From Felis catus (Eukaryota), in contig NC_058368.1 of the NCBI RefSeq assembly GCF_018350175.1, forward strand, positions 76,882,001 to 76,946,000: DNA of 64,000 nt. Direction: 5' to 3'. The notes under the pieces are model-generated. The model searched no databases. It saw only the letters and a program-made list of their open reading frames with translations, and had not been told where the DNA came from. This document shows, in pieces, positions 13,319-25,576 of this stretch. The first letter of the stretch is position 1. The number at the start of each line of letters is the position of its first letter. The translations under genes were made by a program, and so were the position numbers.

Positions 13319-14137
13319 CTCTGGAGGGTAGATCTCTAGTAATAGGTGCCATTTCAGCACAACACGAGCAGCCATAAACACACATCTGGGTTGTGTCTGG
13401 CCATCGGACTAATTCTTATTGGATGTCACTGCTAGCTAGTAGTAGGTGGGGGGACTGCCAAAATGAAACAGCTCTTGCCCCCACCTCTTAGGGATAGAGA
13501 GGGCCCTAACGGGGATTAAGGCTTGCAGTATGAATCATGACAGCACAGTGTATAAGGTTTTCTATACCCTAGTTATTTAACTAAAGTGCTGTGGGATTAT
13601 GGAGAGAAGATTTAAAGAAATTATGTCTGATCTGTCATAAAGAAGGCACTCATCTAGGGGAATCTGTAAGCTCTATTAGACAGTCCATTATAACGAAGAT
13701 CCATCTATAGGAAGGAAGATCCTTCCTATAGACAAGGGGAATTCGGGGCTAACAAGAGCTTGTTTTTATCTAAGATGTACCCCCAATTTAGTTCTGGTAG
13801 TTAGATAAAAACTGGCATTTTCTAACTTCTTTGGCAGGGAAGTTACATTCTGAGCTGGCCCTGAACACGACCGGCCTGGGCCCACTCATTCGTAAGACAG
13901 TTGTGACTCAAGGCAAATGTTTCAGGCCACTGTGAGCCAGCTCAACTAGTGGAAAGAGCAAAGGACCATGATTCAGAGGCATTTCATCAGGTGGTGGAAC
14001 CACGCTGTGCCTCAGGTCACCCGTGGGAACCATACAGACTGCAGAGAAGCTGGAAACTGATACGCCAGAGGTGAGGCGTCCTGAAGGGAGTGTGGCTGGG
14101 GAGTAATAGAGTGGGCAGACAGCAGGGTGTTGCACCT

Positions 14138-14138
<1 letters not shown>

Positions 14139-14186
<48 letters not shown>
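14139..14186. repeat. (AC)24 microsatellite
   Basis: Read directly. Confidence 0.98.
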
Positions 14187-14188
<2 letters not shown>

Positions 14189-17100
14189 GCGTTGCATTAC
14201 AAGCACACACTCCGTAAGTACCACCCAAGCCAAAGGCCCGTCCACCATCACTTTCCTCCAATACAAACACGTTGCCTCTACTGGTGTCAACAGTGAAGAG
14301 TGGCACTCATTATTCTGGGGTGACATGGGAGGCATCCGCACACTCTCAGCAAGTACTGGAAGACCTCTACAAGGACTGGAATTAAAACTGGACGTAAATG
14401 AGCTTACATTGGGAAAATAAACTGGACCATTCCATGGTTTCACACAGAAAGCACGAAGCCTCAATAGCACTGGAGAAACCAGAGCTTTCAAAGTAAAGCA
14501 CGTCACCCGTGGTTCATTCCGAGCGTCCTGAACGTCTGCCCGCCACTGAGCTCTTGGAACCTTTACCTATCCGTGCTTTTGGAGAAAGAACATAGTAAAC
14601 TATTAATACTTCACTGCAGCCATTTCCCCCTTCATATTCTGGGTAGAGAATTACTAAGGGCTTGTTTTTCCTTAATGGAGTGTTCTCCTACCAGTTTTTT
14701 TTTTTTTCCTTTTTTTAATTCAGCAGGCACGCACTCACCAGCCACAAAATGCTTTGAACTAGAATTACACGTTTGAGTTTATACAGGAAAAAGGAAAATA
14801 AAGAGGCCCTGCCAATTCTCTGCAGGAGCAGCAAGAAGAGGTTCACCTGGCACTCAGCGTACGTGGAAAACGTGTCATAACTGATCACCTCCTTTTTTTC
14901 ACCAGCACACCAGATCCAACCATCCTTATCTCTAGGATTGCTGAAATACGCTCCTGCAGGTAGAAGGAGCGGCCGAACGCACCACATGTCGGTCAGCGGA
15001 CAGAGGCAGAGCTCCCCGGTTCCATGTAATCACTTTAACCCCCAGTTCCTAGCAGAAAGCCCGAGGCCAGGGCAATTCAGCTTCTCCTTTTGTCATTTGC
15101 CTGCCATAAATATGCACCAGTCTGCATATGAAAAGCTGAAGGAGGCCGCAAGCTTGCTGGACATTTATCATGCTCTGTTCCCTGTTAACAAGCAAATACT
15201 TTAGCTGAATGGGCCATTAGCAATCATTGTCAAACGTAGAATGCAAGGTGCTTGGATGTGACCAGCTTGTAAATTAGGGGGTGTCCCTTCTCTTTGGCGA
15301 ATCTAGACAAGTGCAAAGGATCTTTTGATATGGATTACTGAATTAGACTGGAAAGGAAGGTAAAGTCCGCAGGCACTGGACCTGGGCGAATGCAGGTGCA
15401 ATAATTTTTAAATTGTTTGTGACCTATGAAAGCTACATAGTAATGACCAGAACAAACAGGCGACAAATCCCAGCGCCAAGCAGAGGGTCGGGTCGGCTGA
15501 GCATTAGGAACCAAATCAACCCAATGGGTCTGGAATAGAGTATTTAAGATTTGATGCAGATCTCAGACGCTCACAGGAGGACTTAGTCTAGGAGGGCCCC
15601 ATGTTGCTGTTAAAGGGAACAGCATGGAACCCTCTTCATCCACTCCATCAAGAAAGGCACTGGGGGTGTTTGTAGCTTTTGGGATTGTCAACGTCTTAAG
15701 GGTCAGACTCTCCTAAAGAAATGCTGAGACTCTTCTAAAACGCCAAACAGGAGGCAATAAAGCAAATATTTCCTCTCTGGCCCGACCCGACTGGCGGATG
15801 TCACTCTGCTTGTAACCCAATCATGGTTTTGTGTTTTGTTTAAGGACTAAAATGGAAAGTGTGGAAGGCAAAAACAAAAGTCCAGTTTACTCCCAAGATT
15901 GTTCAAGACAGAAGGCAGTAAGACCCTACAGCACAGCGATTCTTTTTGTGTTTGTTTTTAACTTTCAAGCGGAGCAGCGCTAACACTTTACAATCCTATC
16001 CTTAGGTGAAGGGCAACCATCCCATTCAACTCTAAGGTGAAAACTCACATCCATGAGTAAAACATCCTCTAGATAGAGCCCATTGGTTTGGTCCTATTGG
16101 ATGACTGCTGATTTGAATGAAAACGCCCCCCACCCTGGTACTTATTGTATTACATATTCTTTTCCAGGGTGGGAAGGACCAACCTTGGAGGAGAGCTCTC
16201 TGGCTGAGGGAGAGGGACAATATGGAAAGTTTACCTTTGCTTCTCCCATGCAGGGGGATGTGGCACCGGGTCTGAAACATGGCTACAATCCAAAGGTCTC
16301 CCTTTCTTTGCGGGTAGCGCCAGCCTTACCTTCCCCTCTGGTTTCTGAGCCTTCCCAGCATGGCCCTGCCTCAAGCCCAAACAGATGTAGGCAAGGACCG
16401 CCAAGGGCAGTTAATCCTACAGAATGGCCGCCGCTGTCAGGCCAGGAGTTAAAAGGGAAAATCTTGCAGGCTTTCACCGCGGCGCTGATCCGAAGTTTTA
16501 ATCAGCCCCGTATCTCAACCGCTAGGAAAAAGGGCGGCCAATGAAATCTACCTTGGCCATATTATCCACCATCAATGAGCAAGAACTGAGCAGCTTTTCT
16601 TTGCTGCTTGAACCATCCCGGGCCACAAGTAGGGCTTTCATACTTTCTAATCCGAGTTTCCAAGTCTGTGTGGTTCTCACATAATAGCCAACAGCCTGGA
16701 GCAAGGGCCTGCGCTTCGACACCCTTTTCAGGGACGTGTCATTTCCAACATCAAGCTAATCTATATGTTGCCATGGCTTCACCCTTTATCTGCCTTTACA
16801 TCTTATGAACTGCATGGATTTACCACATTATTTTTATCTGAAAGACAGAAAATGGTGGTTTTATTGCCATACAATCAGATTACTGCCGCTGGTTTCTCTA
16901 TGCCTTTTTACCATACTTCAATCAAAAGGGATCAGTTTCTTTATACTCTGCCCTTGATTTACATTACATCTGTAAAGACCTAGTCTGGGTTGTAATCCCC
17001 TTATTAACTATGACCAGGGTTGATTTGCCTAAAAATAAAAGCAAATTGTGTCAGACCCTTTCACTTTGTTTTTGATTCGGAACTACAAAATGGATTACTG

Positions 17101-17741
17101 AAGAAATCTTCAGAGTTCACACGGCTAGCATAGCACTGAATTTAAAACAAGAATTAAACAAGTTAAACAGGGGGCCGTGTCAACGGTTTACATTTTCCAT
17201 CATGGGAGAAGGACTGAGTTCCTTATGTCTTTGTATTCTCTAGCTTTACAGAGACAATGAAGCCACAGGAGTTTTCCCAAGCTGTTCGGAACACTGTCCC
17301 CTTCGCCATCCTTCTCTTCGCTTTTCTTCTATCCCTCTCCCAGCCCCATTCTAATCCCATCCCTAGAAAAAAAAAAAAAAAAAAAAAAAAGGTTGGGGAG
17401 GGGGGAGCTCTTCCCTGAAAGAGCTAATTCCTGCCTAGAAGCTTATAGCTCTATGGGTTCTGCATATTTTAATCAAAATATTTTAAACAGTTGAACACTC
17501 CTATTTAAGGCTCTCCTCCACTGCACAAAGGCTGAGCTCATAAGCAAATCTATGTAGATGTATGATAAGTGACCTGAAAAACAGGCCCTTTATGTCAGCA
17601 GCCAACGAAAGCAGAGATTAGACAGACAGAAGTGCCATTTTCATCACTATTTTTCTTACAAGAGCCCTGCTTTTTGTCTACTTTGTGAAGGAACGGTTTA
17701 AGAATAAAGTTTTCATAAGACGGTAAGGAAATATCCTTCCT

Positions 17742-17765
17742 ACAACAACAACAACAACAACAACA
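17742..17765. repeat. (ACA)n trinucleotide repeat
   Basis: Read directly. Confidence 0.9.
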
Positions 17766-20700
17766 AAAATATCCTTTTTTGCCGAGGGTCCACAGTCTGT
17801 ATTTCCTTTCCCTGCCACTCCCATTCCTATGACGCATGGCTGCAGTCACGCTGGGATCTCAGATCGTCCCCATTAGGCAGACGCTCTGGGAAACATCACA
17901 CTAAGGTAGATGTCACCCTCAGCCTCCTGCGAGCCACCCAAAGCGTTTCAGGGGAAGGCAAGGTGGCAGGGATTGACTTGCACCCGCTGCTGCAGTGTCC
18001 CTCTGAGGATAATTACTGCACTGATCCACCAAGCAAAGGATTTCTCTCAGGAAATTTACAGACAAGAGGTTTTACAATAAGTGATCGAAATGCACTGATG
18101 ACTCTTCAGCCAACTCCACATGGAGAAACCATGCCCATCTATAGTTTTCAGCTGCTCCGGGGGATGGTGGCTAATCCACCTGTCCTTCTCCTTCTGCCCA
18201 GGACTCAGAAACGTTCGGGAAATTTGCAGTCATTTGCATTTCTTTACATCCATAGGACAAGTGTCAACAGCTACGCTTTGTGAAAGATTTAGAACCGAGT
18301 GCTTAACAAATCATCTTAACCTCCAGCTCCCGTTTCTGAGGCTTGAAGCTGTAATTGGCGAGGTTAAAAAGTGCAGTCCCTAGACACACGATTCCCAAAT
18401 AAATTCTCTTCTCGCCTGAAAAGGAGGCGACCAGGCATGTGGTGAGATATCGCTTTAGCTCCGTCTTTGTGCTCGCCCTGGCTCAGTTGTCCTGTGGAAC
18501 AACGACAGTCCATTACCTATAGTTTATCATCCTGACAAAACGTGAGGAATGTGGATGGTAAAGCACTAACAATTTCACCCCTGGTGTTTTGTGCTTTTTT
18601 CTCTCTATATTAAAACCGACAAGATTAACCCAAACGCAAACTGTGGAGCATAGTTCAAGGGGCTATTCAATCCGTGTTGAATGTGCATTTGTTTATCTAC
18701 AAAAATAAGAATTTCAGACACAATGGAAGGCAGGCTGGCTTATATATGGTATTGAATGGACTGTTTAAACAGCACTATCCTTTGTAGTTTATTTTATCAA
18801 TCTCTGACAGGTCCGTATTTATTCAGAGCCTGACTGTGGTGGGGCCCACGTATCATAGGTTATCTGGATATTATCCAGCCATTCTTTTGTATCAAGTCAA
18901 TCAATACCAGGAATTCAGCATTCTGCAGGGAAAAATGACATGGGAAAAGAAAAATGCTTTGCTAACTAACCAGTATATGGTGCATAGGGAACAGTCCCCC
19001 TAGCCAAAAGAAATTAATGCTCGGCTGAAATCTTCAACAAAGTCAGTGCAATTCATTGTAGAATGCCACACCAATACAGCCTTGCCTCTGACGTGGGCAT
19101 CCTTTTAGAAGAGGCAACTATTTGATTCTGGCAAAAACATCACGCTCCTTAAAGCTGTTCTGCTGAAATGTTAATTGGAAATGAAAGCTAGGCTTTGCTA
19201 TTCTCTGCCGAGTTGGGGTGGGGGGTTGGGGTGGCGGAGAGGCTGAAACAACCTGATGGGCAAAAACTGAGGCAAGCCTACCAGCGCCTGTGCATGAGAT
19301 GCGGGTGACCCACCTCGCAGGGCCGCCGCTAACGTTTCAGCACACAGAACTTCTTTTGATTGCTGTATAAACTCTCGGGGATGGGAGTAGCAGACAGTGT
19401 GATTCAAGTAGTTATGGAGACAGTGAACTTACAAAGGATTTTCTGGACCCTGCATCCAAACAGCTGCTCACGCTCCCTATGTCGACCACCTGCTAAAAAA
19501 GCTGACCTCCGAATGAAACAAATCTAATTACTGATGGCTGCTTCATTACAAATGAATTGTTCCACAGTTCATACGAACTGATGTGAAACTTCCATGCATT
19601 TGATTACCTTCCTGCCACATCGCATCTACTGACTGAAACTTTTCCCTGGAAATAAATACGCAACTTCCCCCAAATAAAGCAACCCCTTGGCACGAGGGGT
19701 TTTTATTCATTCTCCAACTGAGAAAAGGCTCTTTCATATAATTCCTCCAGGAAGAAATCTTTCTGACCTCTCAAGCTAGCATTCACAGTTGCATACTTTC
19801 TTAAGTAGACCTTTTCCAGGGACAAATTATCCAGTCCTCCAGGCAAGGCATTATCATGACAATTTTAAAAGAAATTCTACTCTTAAGGACCGGAGCCATC
19901 ATAGCCAACAGAAACCTCATCAGGGCAGGGAGGCAGGCTTCTCCAAAATGCAGGCCTCCAGCAGGTCTCCACATCTGTGGCCAAAGCACAGAAAAACAGT
20001 AATCCTCATCATCCGGACGGTGAGTAAAATACCAGTCGCCTGCCCCCACCCCAAATACAGCAGGAAAAGAAGATATTGATGTCCATGGTGGGAATAATCA
20101 TGGTTCTACATTTTTTTCCAAGAAGGTTATTTCTAATCTTCCTCCGGGATACACACTAAGGAGTAAACACAGAGACACATAGATACTGAGCTGAGCAATG
20201 GACGGCTTAATGGGAGTTTCTTCGGACGAAATTTAAATGTAAATATTAAACCCTGGTGGAGGGGAGCGGGGGAGGGGAAGCAGCCTCCCCAAACAATCCA
20301 TCAGTGAAAGTGCAAAGTGGAGCGGAGCAGACAGCCCGGGGGAAGAGGTGAGGGCTGGCGCCGGCAGCATTGCGCGTGGAAGAGTGACCTCTGTAGGCGC
20401 AAAGCGAACACTGGCTGGCCTCTTCCCTGCTCGCCCAGCCCCGGCTCACGGACCGCCTGGCCCGGACGCCGGCTCCTGCACGCGGGGTTGAGCCCGGCGC
20501 CTCCCCGCACCACCCGCTGCCTCACCACTCCGGATCTGCGCGAAGATGTCACCGCGACTACTTTCTCAACAAATACAAATCTTATGTTAAGGGAAAACAG
20601 CAGTCCCTACAAGACCAGGCGGATGGAAGGGGACCGCACGGAGTAACTTTTAACGGGGAGCAGTGTTGCAAAGTGCCATCTAGCATCATGCAAGAATGTG

Positions 20701-22069
20701 TTTAATCCGATTTATCGCTGTGACGTTTCTTGCCTTTGTAATGGGGAACTCTTGGTAAACATGTTGGCAGATTTGAAATTTATCACTTTTAAAACAGTGG
20801 ATGCAATTCTTTAATTAAAATGTGGTTTGTAAATCAATCCCTCTTCTCTTTATTCCTACACCCATGGCCAACTTGCCTGTCTTCAATTAGGCCATTGGTT
20901 TTCCTTCTGATCTCAAAGGCTTACTCCAGGAACCGGCCAATGTTTCCACACTTTCCCCAAGTTTCCCAAGGCTAAAATCCCATGATTCTGTAAGACATTT
21001 CTGGATCTGATTCGAAATGTATCCCAAGGAGGAGCTAATACGCAGAACTGAATGTACAGGTAACTAATTAGGAGTCACCGCCGGGTATATTTAGGGAAGA
21101 ATCGCCTTTTCTAAATTCTAAATGTGTCGTATGCTGGTAGCTCCCACTGAAAGTTAATCTTCACGAGGCCTAGCTTTCTCCTAGCTACACTGCTTGATAA
21201 AACCAAGTCGGATCCAAGGACCCCATTTCTACACAGGCTTCCCAAGCGCCAAGGCTTCAGGGGCCGTGTCGACTGGGCAGGGCCTTAAGCTTTTGCAGAA
21301 AGCGCCCTTAAAATCAAGTCAACTAACAGGACCGCGCAGAGTTCGGGGCCACTGGTTTAGCAACGGAGGGAGAAGCCGACGTGCAGAGAGCTCTCCGGGA
21401 GAAGCCTCAGGCCCGTCTCCCCGGCGGGGAGGAGAGGGCTCGCTGCCCGAATTCTCCGGTGGAGCTGGCGAGCTCCCCGCGCACCCTCGGGCAGGCGGCG
21501 GGGGGCCGAGGCGCGCGGGCTCCGGGGCGCAGAGGGCGGCGGGGGACCGCAGGCTCCGTCCCCGGGGGCGCGCTCCTCTGGCCCGGGCTCATCGCCGCCG
21601 CCCGCCTGCGGGGATCTGACCGCGCTCCGGCGCTCCCGGAGAGCGCAGCATCCCCTCCTCTCCCCGCAGCCCGCCAGCGCCTGCGCGCCGGCCAGCCCGG
21701 TTTGTGGCCATGTTCTCCGTCCTCGAAAAGAAGTGAGGGTCAGGTACCGCCATCGGATACTTTCCCGGACGTGACAGCCTAGCCGCCGAGGGCTTTTTAG
21801 CCCCCCCCCTCCCCCCCGGGAGCTCATGGGGGAAGGAAGGCGGGGAGGGCGCCCCTTAGAACCAGAGCTCCGGCTGGAAAGCCGAACGAAGAGTTCCACC
21901 AAGTAAAATGTGGCGAGGGTGGGGGCCAGGGAACTTGGGGTGCGGGGAACCGGGGTTCCAGACACAGGCTCCGAGGCTCCGCGGCTCAGCCCTTCCTCCC
22001 GCCCGGAACGGCGCAACGCGGCGAACCCCCAGGCGGGGACCGAGGGGGGGAATCGCGGACGCCACTTAC

Positions 22070-22191
22070 TTGGAGTTCGAGGAATTCCAATAGATGGGCT
22101 CTAAAACTATCGACCTGGAAATGGCAGTTCTGCATAAAACCATCAAAACTCCCCAGCAGTACTTCCACACGGAGTCCCTCCTCGCGGCCAT
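22070..22191 (-). CDS. EFNB2: Ephrin-B2 coding exon 1 (signal peptide)
   Basis: gccATGG start at 22191. MAARRDSVWKYCWGVLMVLCRTAISRSIVLEPIYWNSSNS(K) matches the ephrin-B2 N-terminus. Donor CAA|gtaagt; 122 nt. Confidence 0.98.
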
Positions 22192-22571
22192 GGCCAAGCC
22201 GCTCCCAGCTCCGCGCACTCCGGACGACGGAGGGAATGGGCGCAGGCCGGAGCCCCAATCCTCGGGGCACACAAGGGGGAGACGGCAGGCAGCTCCGGGG
22301 GGCGCCGAGCAGCTCCAGGCGTCGCCGAGGTCGGGGGGCGCTCCGTTCGGGGCCCTCAGGGCGCGGGGCGGGAGCGCACGCGCGGGGCGCGGCGGCGCGG
22401 CGGGCTCGGGGCTCCGGGGCGCCGCGCCGGACGCAGCTCGGACGGCAGGCTCCCGTGTGGCTCCAGGGTGCCGGGCGCGGGGCGGCAGGGAGGGCGCGCG
22501 GCCGGGACACAAAGGCGGAGAGACGACTCGCGCTGGCGGCGGACGCTGCGCTCCGAGCGGGCCGCCTCGCA

Positions 22572-22634
22572 CTATAGATCCAGGGGGGTGGGCAGCGGCC
22601 CGAGCGCGCGGGCGCCGCGTCGGCGCGGTTCCAT
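22572..22634 (-). other. Upstream ORF (20 aa) in the putative EFNB2 5' UTR
   Basis: gacATGG...TAG encodes MEPRRRGARALGPLPTPLDL*; the only ATG between the inferred TSS and the main ATG. Confidence 0.55.
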
Positions 22635-22845
22635 GTCCCGGAGCGCGGAGCGGCGAGAGGCGCCTGCGGGCGCGCGGGAGCCTCCTCGGTCTTCGCGGCT
22701 CCCGGCCCGCGGAGCAAGCAGGAGGGCCTCGGTCCCCGCCGCGGGCGCCGGACGCGCGCGGGCCTTTGTGTGCGGGGAGGGCGCCGGGACCGCTGTGCGC
22801 GCGGCTCCTAGCTCCCGCCGGCGCCGCCGTCCCCGCCGAGGAGAG

Positions 22846-22990
22846 TCAGCGCGGCCGGCGCGCTGTCAGAGCACTATAAACGCGGGGCCCCGCCCCGCGC
22901 CGCGCAGCCCATTGGCCTGCGGCCCGGCAGCCGCGCGCCGGTTGGGCGGCCGACCCGTCCGTCATCCACCCCCGCCCGACATTGGGCGCC
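22846..22990 (-). promoter_or_regulatory. EFNB2: Putative EFNB2 core promoter: CCAAT - CCAAT - GC box - TATA-like
   Basis: On the minus strand: CCAAT at 22981-22985 and 22911-22915, GGGGCGGGG at 22888-22896, TTTATAG at 22874-22880. Implies a TSS near 22845-22850 (inferred). Confidence 0.6.
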
Positions 22991-25000
22991 GCGAGGCGGG
23001 GCGCCGGCTGACAGGTGAGCCCCGCCTCCGGCTCCGGGCGGTGGCGCAAGAGGAGCGCAGCCGGGCCCGCCAAAGACCCGGCCCTGACGCTTGCACCGGC
23101 GCCCCTCAAGCGGCGGGGTGGGGACGCTGTTCGGGACGGTAGAGAGGGGAGAGGGGACAGCACGGGGCCACCTGTCCCCGCGCCCAGCACGCGCCTTCAT
23201 TTGCCGGGCAAGCATTCTAACTTCAACAGAGAGACAACGTCGAGGGCGAAACTTTCCCTGCGGAATGGAAGGCTTTTCCCGCGGGTCTCCGTGTTTTACA
23301 CGGAGTGTGCCCTCTGCGGGACCGGCTCACACCCTGTACGCGCATCCCTTCGCTGCCCCCAGCAGCCGTCCGAGCGTTGTGTTTCACACCTGACTTCGGT
23401 ACCTAACGTCAGCTCAGGCCCGACCAAAGTCAACGGGGGCCAGGGATGCAAACGACTCCTGGGGACGGGGCGCCAGCGGGGCGGCCGACGATGGGTCCTG
23501 GCCCCGTACCCTCCGCACCTCGCTGCGGGCGTTCCCTGAAAGTGTCGCTGGCCGGGCCGCGGAACCTTCTCCTTAACTAGTCTCTGGGACACACTCACGC
23601 CTCCCCCAAGGTGACCGAGAATTTAGGGTGACGGTGACAAATAACGCTCAAATGGAGAGGTGGCAGGAATTCTTCACTTTGGTTCTCGGCAAGTGCTTTC
23701 CCAAAGAACGCCTTGGACGCGCGCCACCGCGCCGATGGCTTCCACGGACCCACAGCGCCCACTAGCGACCGACCTGACTTCCCTGCGGGCGAGAGCGCGA
23801 CGGCCCGCCCACCCGGAACCAGACCGCCGGGACTCAACCGCGCACCGAGTCCGCGCCGGCCGCTCCTGAGATGACGGACAGCAGGGAGGACTCGGCAGAA
23901 AGAAGGCATAGTACCCACGTACAATTGTTTGAATAAGAGGAAGATACGCCGTATGCCCCCAACATGCTTTAAAAAATTTTCTGTGTACTCCAGGATTTCT
24001 TTAATGTTTCAGAAGCAACGAACCAGACGGTATTCCTGCAAGATCTGTTTCTTTAGCTAAATTATCTATACTACATTTAAAAATATACATGGTAAAACAT
24101 CTTGTTTGGATATTTACCAGTATTTCCTTCACTGTTCTTTATGACCACGTTTGAGAATGTTTACGCCTTAGTAAGTATTCCTTTTTGGCAATACTAAACA
24201 AAAGTTGATGTACGTTTCCACTGGGAATGTAAAAGTTTTGTTAAGACTAGTTTGTTAAGATCGAAAACACTATGGCACGCGAGGTACCGAATACATTCAT
24301 TCATATTATTCCGGGTAAATCTTTGAGACAAAAACTATTTTATTTTCTCTAATTGCTAGTTTTAAAATAAGCCTCCAATTTGAGGAATTTTTTTTTTTTA
24401 AATGCTCAAATACTGCACACCGATTTGAAGTCACGGACTGATTCCCTTGAAGACTAAAAAACCAGGGAGGGGCAGATAGTATTATTCATAACTTTATCAC
24501 AAGGGTTAAAAAAGGAGTGGTTTTAACAAATGTCCTAAAACATTTACGGAATTCGTTTGAAATTTAATGTAAAGCTCGTGATTTTCTAAAAGAACTAAAA
24601 CCGAAACAGTACCATCCGTTTCATATTTAGCAAAGTTATTTTGTGAAATTTAAATGGTGACCTCTTCGCTCCCACATCCTCTCTCCAAGTAAACTAGAGG
24701 AAATAAAGGAAATTTGCATGGTCTGAAAATAACCCTGGCTTCCATTTTTAGTAAATCAGATATTCACACGTCCAAAGCATTTTACCTTGGGTAAAATGTA
24801 ATGTAAAACTTGTTTTTAAACAAAGTGTGTATTTGATCAAAAAAATAAAATCCTACACAAAGATTACCACTGTGTAACTAGGGTGTGAATATTTATCAAT
24901 TTATTTTCAGTAAACACGGATTATCTGTAGAGACTAGGTGAAAAACATCAACAGTAACAATTTCAAGGTGAAAATGTTCCTCTGCTGTTTACCATAATTT

Positions 25001-25298
25001 CAGTTCCATTAACCTGTGGAGGAGAGGGTCGGGAGCCCCTGCCCCCCCCATCAAAAATCCTTGTGTAACTTTGGACTCCCCCAAAACTTAACTACCAATA
25101 GTCTTGTTACAGAACCCTTACCAATAACATAAAATCAGTTACCACATATTTTGTTGTTATATGTATATTCTGTATTCTTATAGCAAGCTAATGTTAAGAA
25201 AAATCTAAGGAAAACACATTGAGACCACTGTATTTATTGAAAAAAATCCCTGTAAATGGAACCACGATTTCAAACCCAAGTTGTCCAAGGGGCAACTG
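25001..25298. mobile_element. Tigger2-like (TcMar) DNA transposon derivative
   Basis: aaaatccttgtgtaactttggactcccccaaaacttaactac...ttcaaacccaagttgtccaaggggcaactg followed by TA. Confidence 0.75.
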
Positions 25299-25542
25299 TA
25301 ATTAAAAGCATCATCTCAAGCCATTTGTGTCTGTATCTGTACATATATGCCAGGCAGAAACTGTTACATCAGCATGTTACAAGACAAAGTTCAAACTTTA
25401 ATGGATGCCAAACCAAAAAGAACCTAATCACATCAATTTGATACATGTTTGTATTTGGATTTCACTTTATGATTAAAATTATAGGAAGAAACACAGTTAT
25501 TCCTGAAAATCCATAATTTTACCAGCACATATTTAACCCCAC

Positions 25543-25576
<34 letters not shown>

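Larger units (their letters stand above)
167..22069 (-). other. EFNB2: EFNB2 intron 1 (21.9 kb, GT-AG)
   Basis: Canonical donor at 22069 and acceptor at 167, with compatible phases. Confidence 0.95.
21300..23900. promoter_or_regulatory. EFNB2: CpG island over the EFNB2 promoter, exon 1 and start of intron 1
   Basis: Very GC- and CpG-rich stretch around the start codon; boundaries approximate. Confidence 0.9.

Noticed and set aside
13908..14506. ORFs with CVCVCV or THTHTH tracts (also near 55784-56167)
   Set aside because: Translations of dinucleotide microsatellites.
21194..23924. Many overlapping 100-260 aa ORFs on both strands
   Set aside because: Expected from stop-codon scarcity in a GC-rich island; only 22070-22191 matches a known protein.
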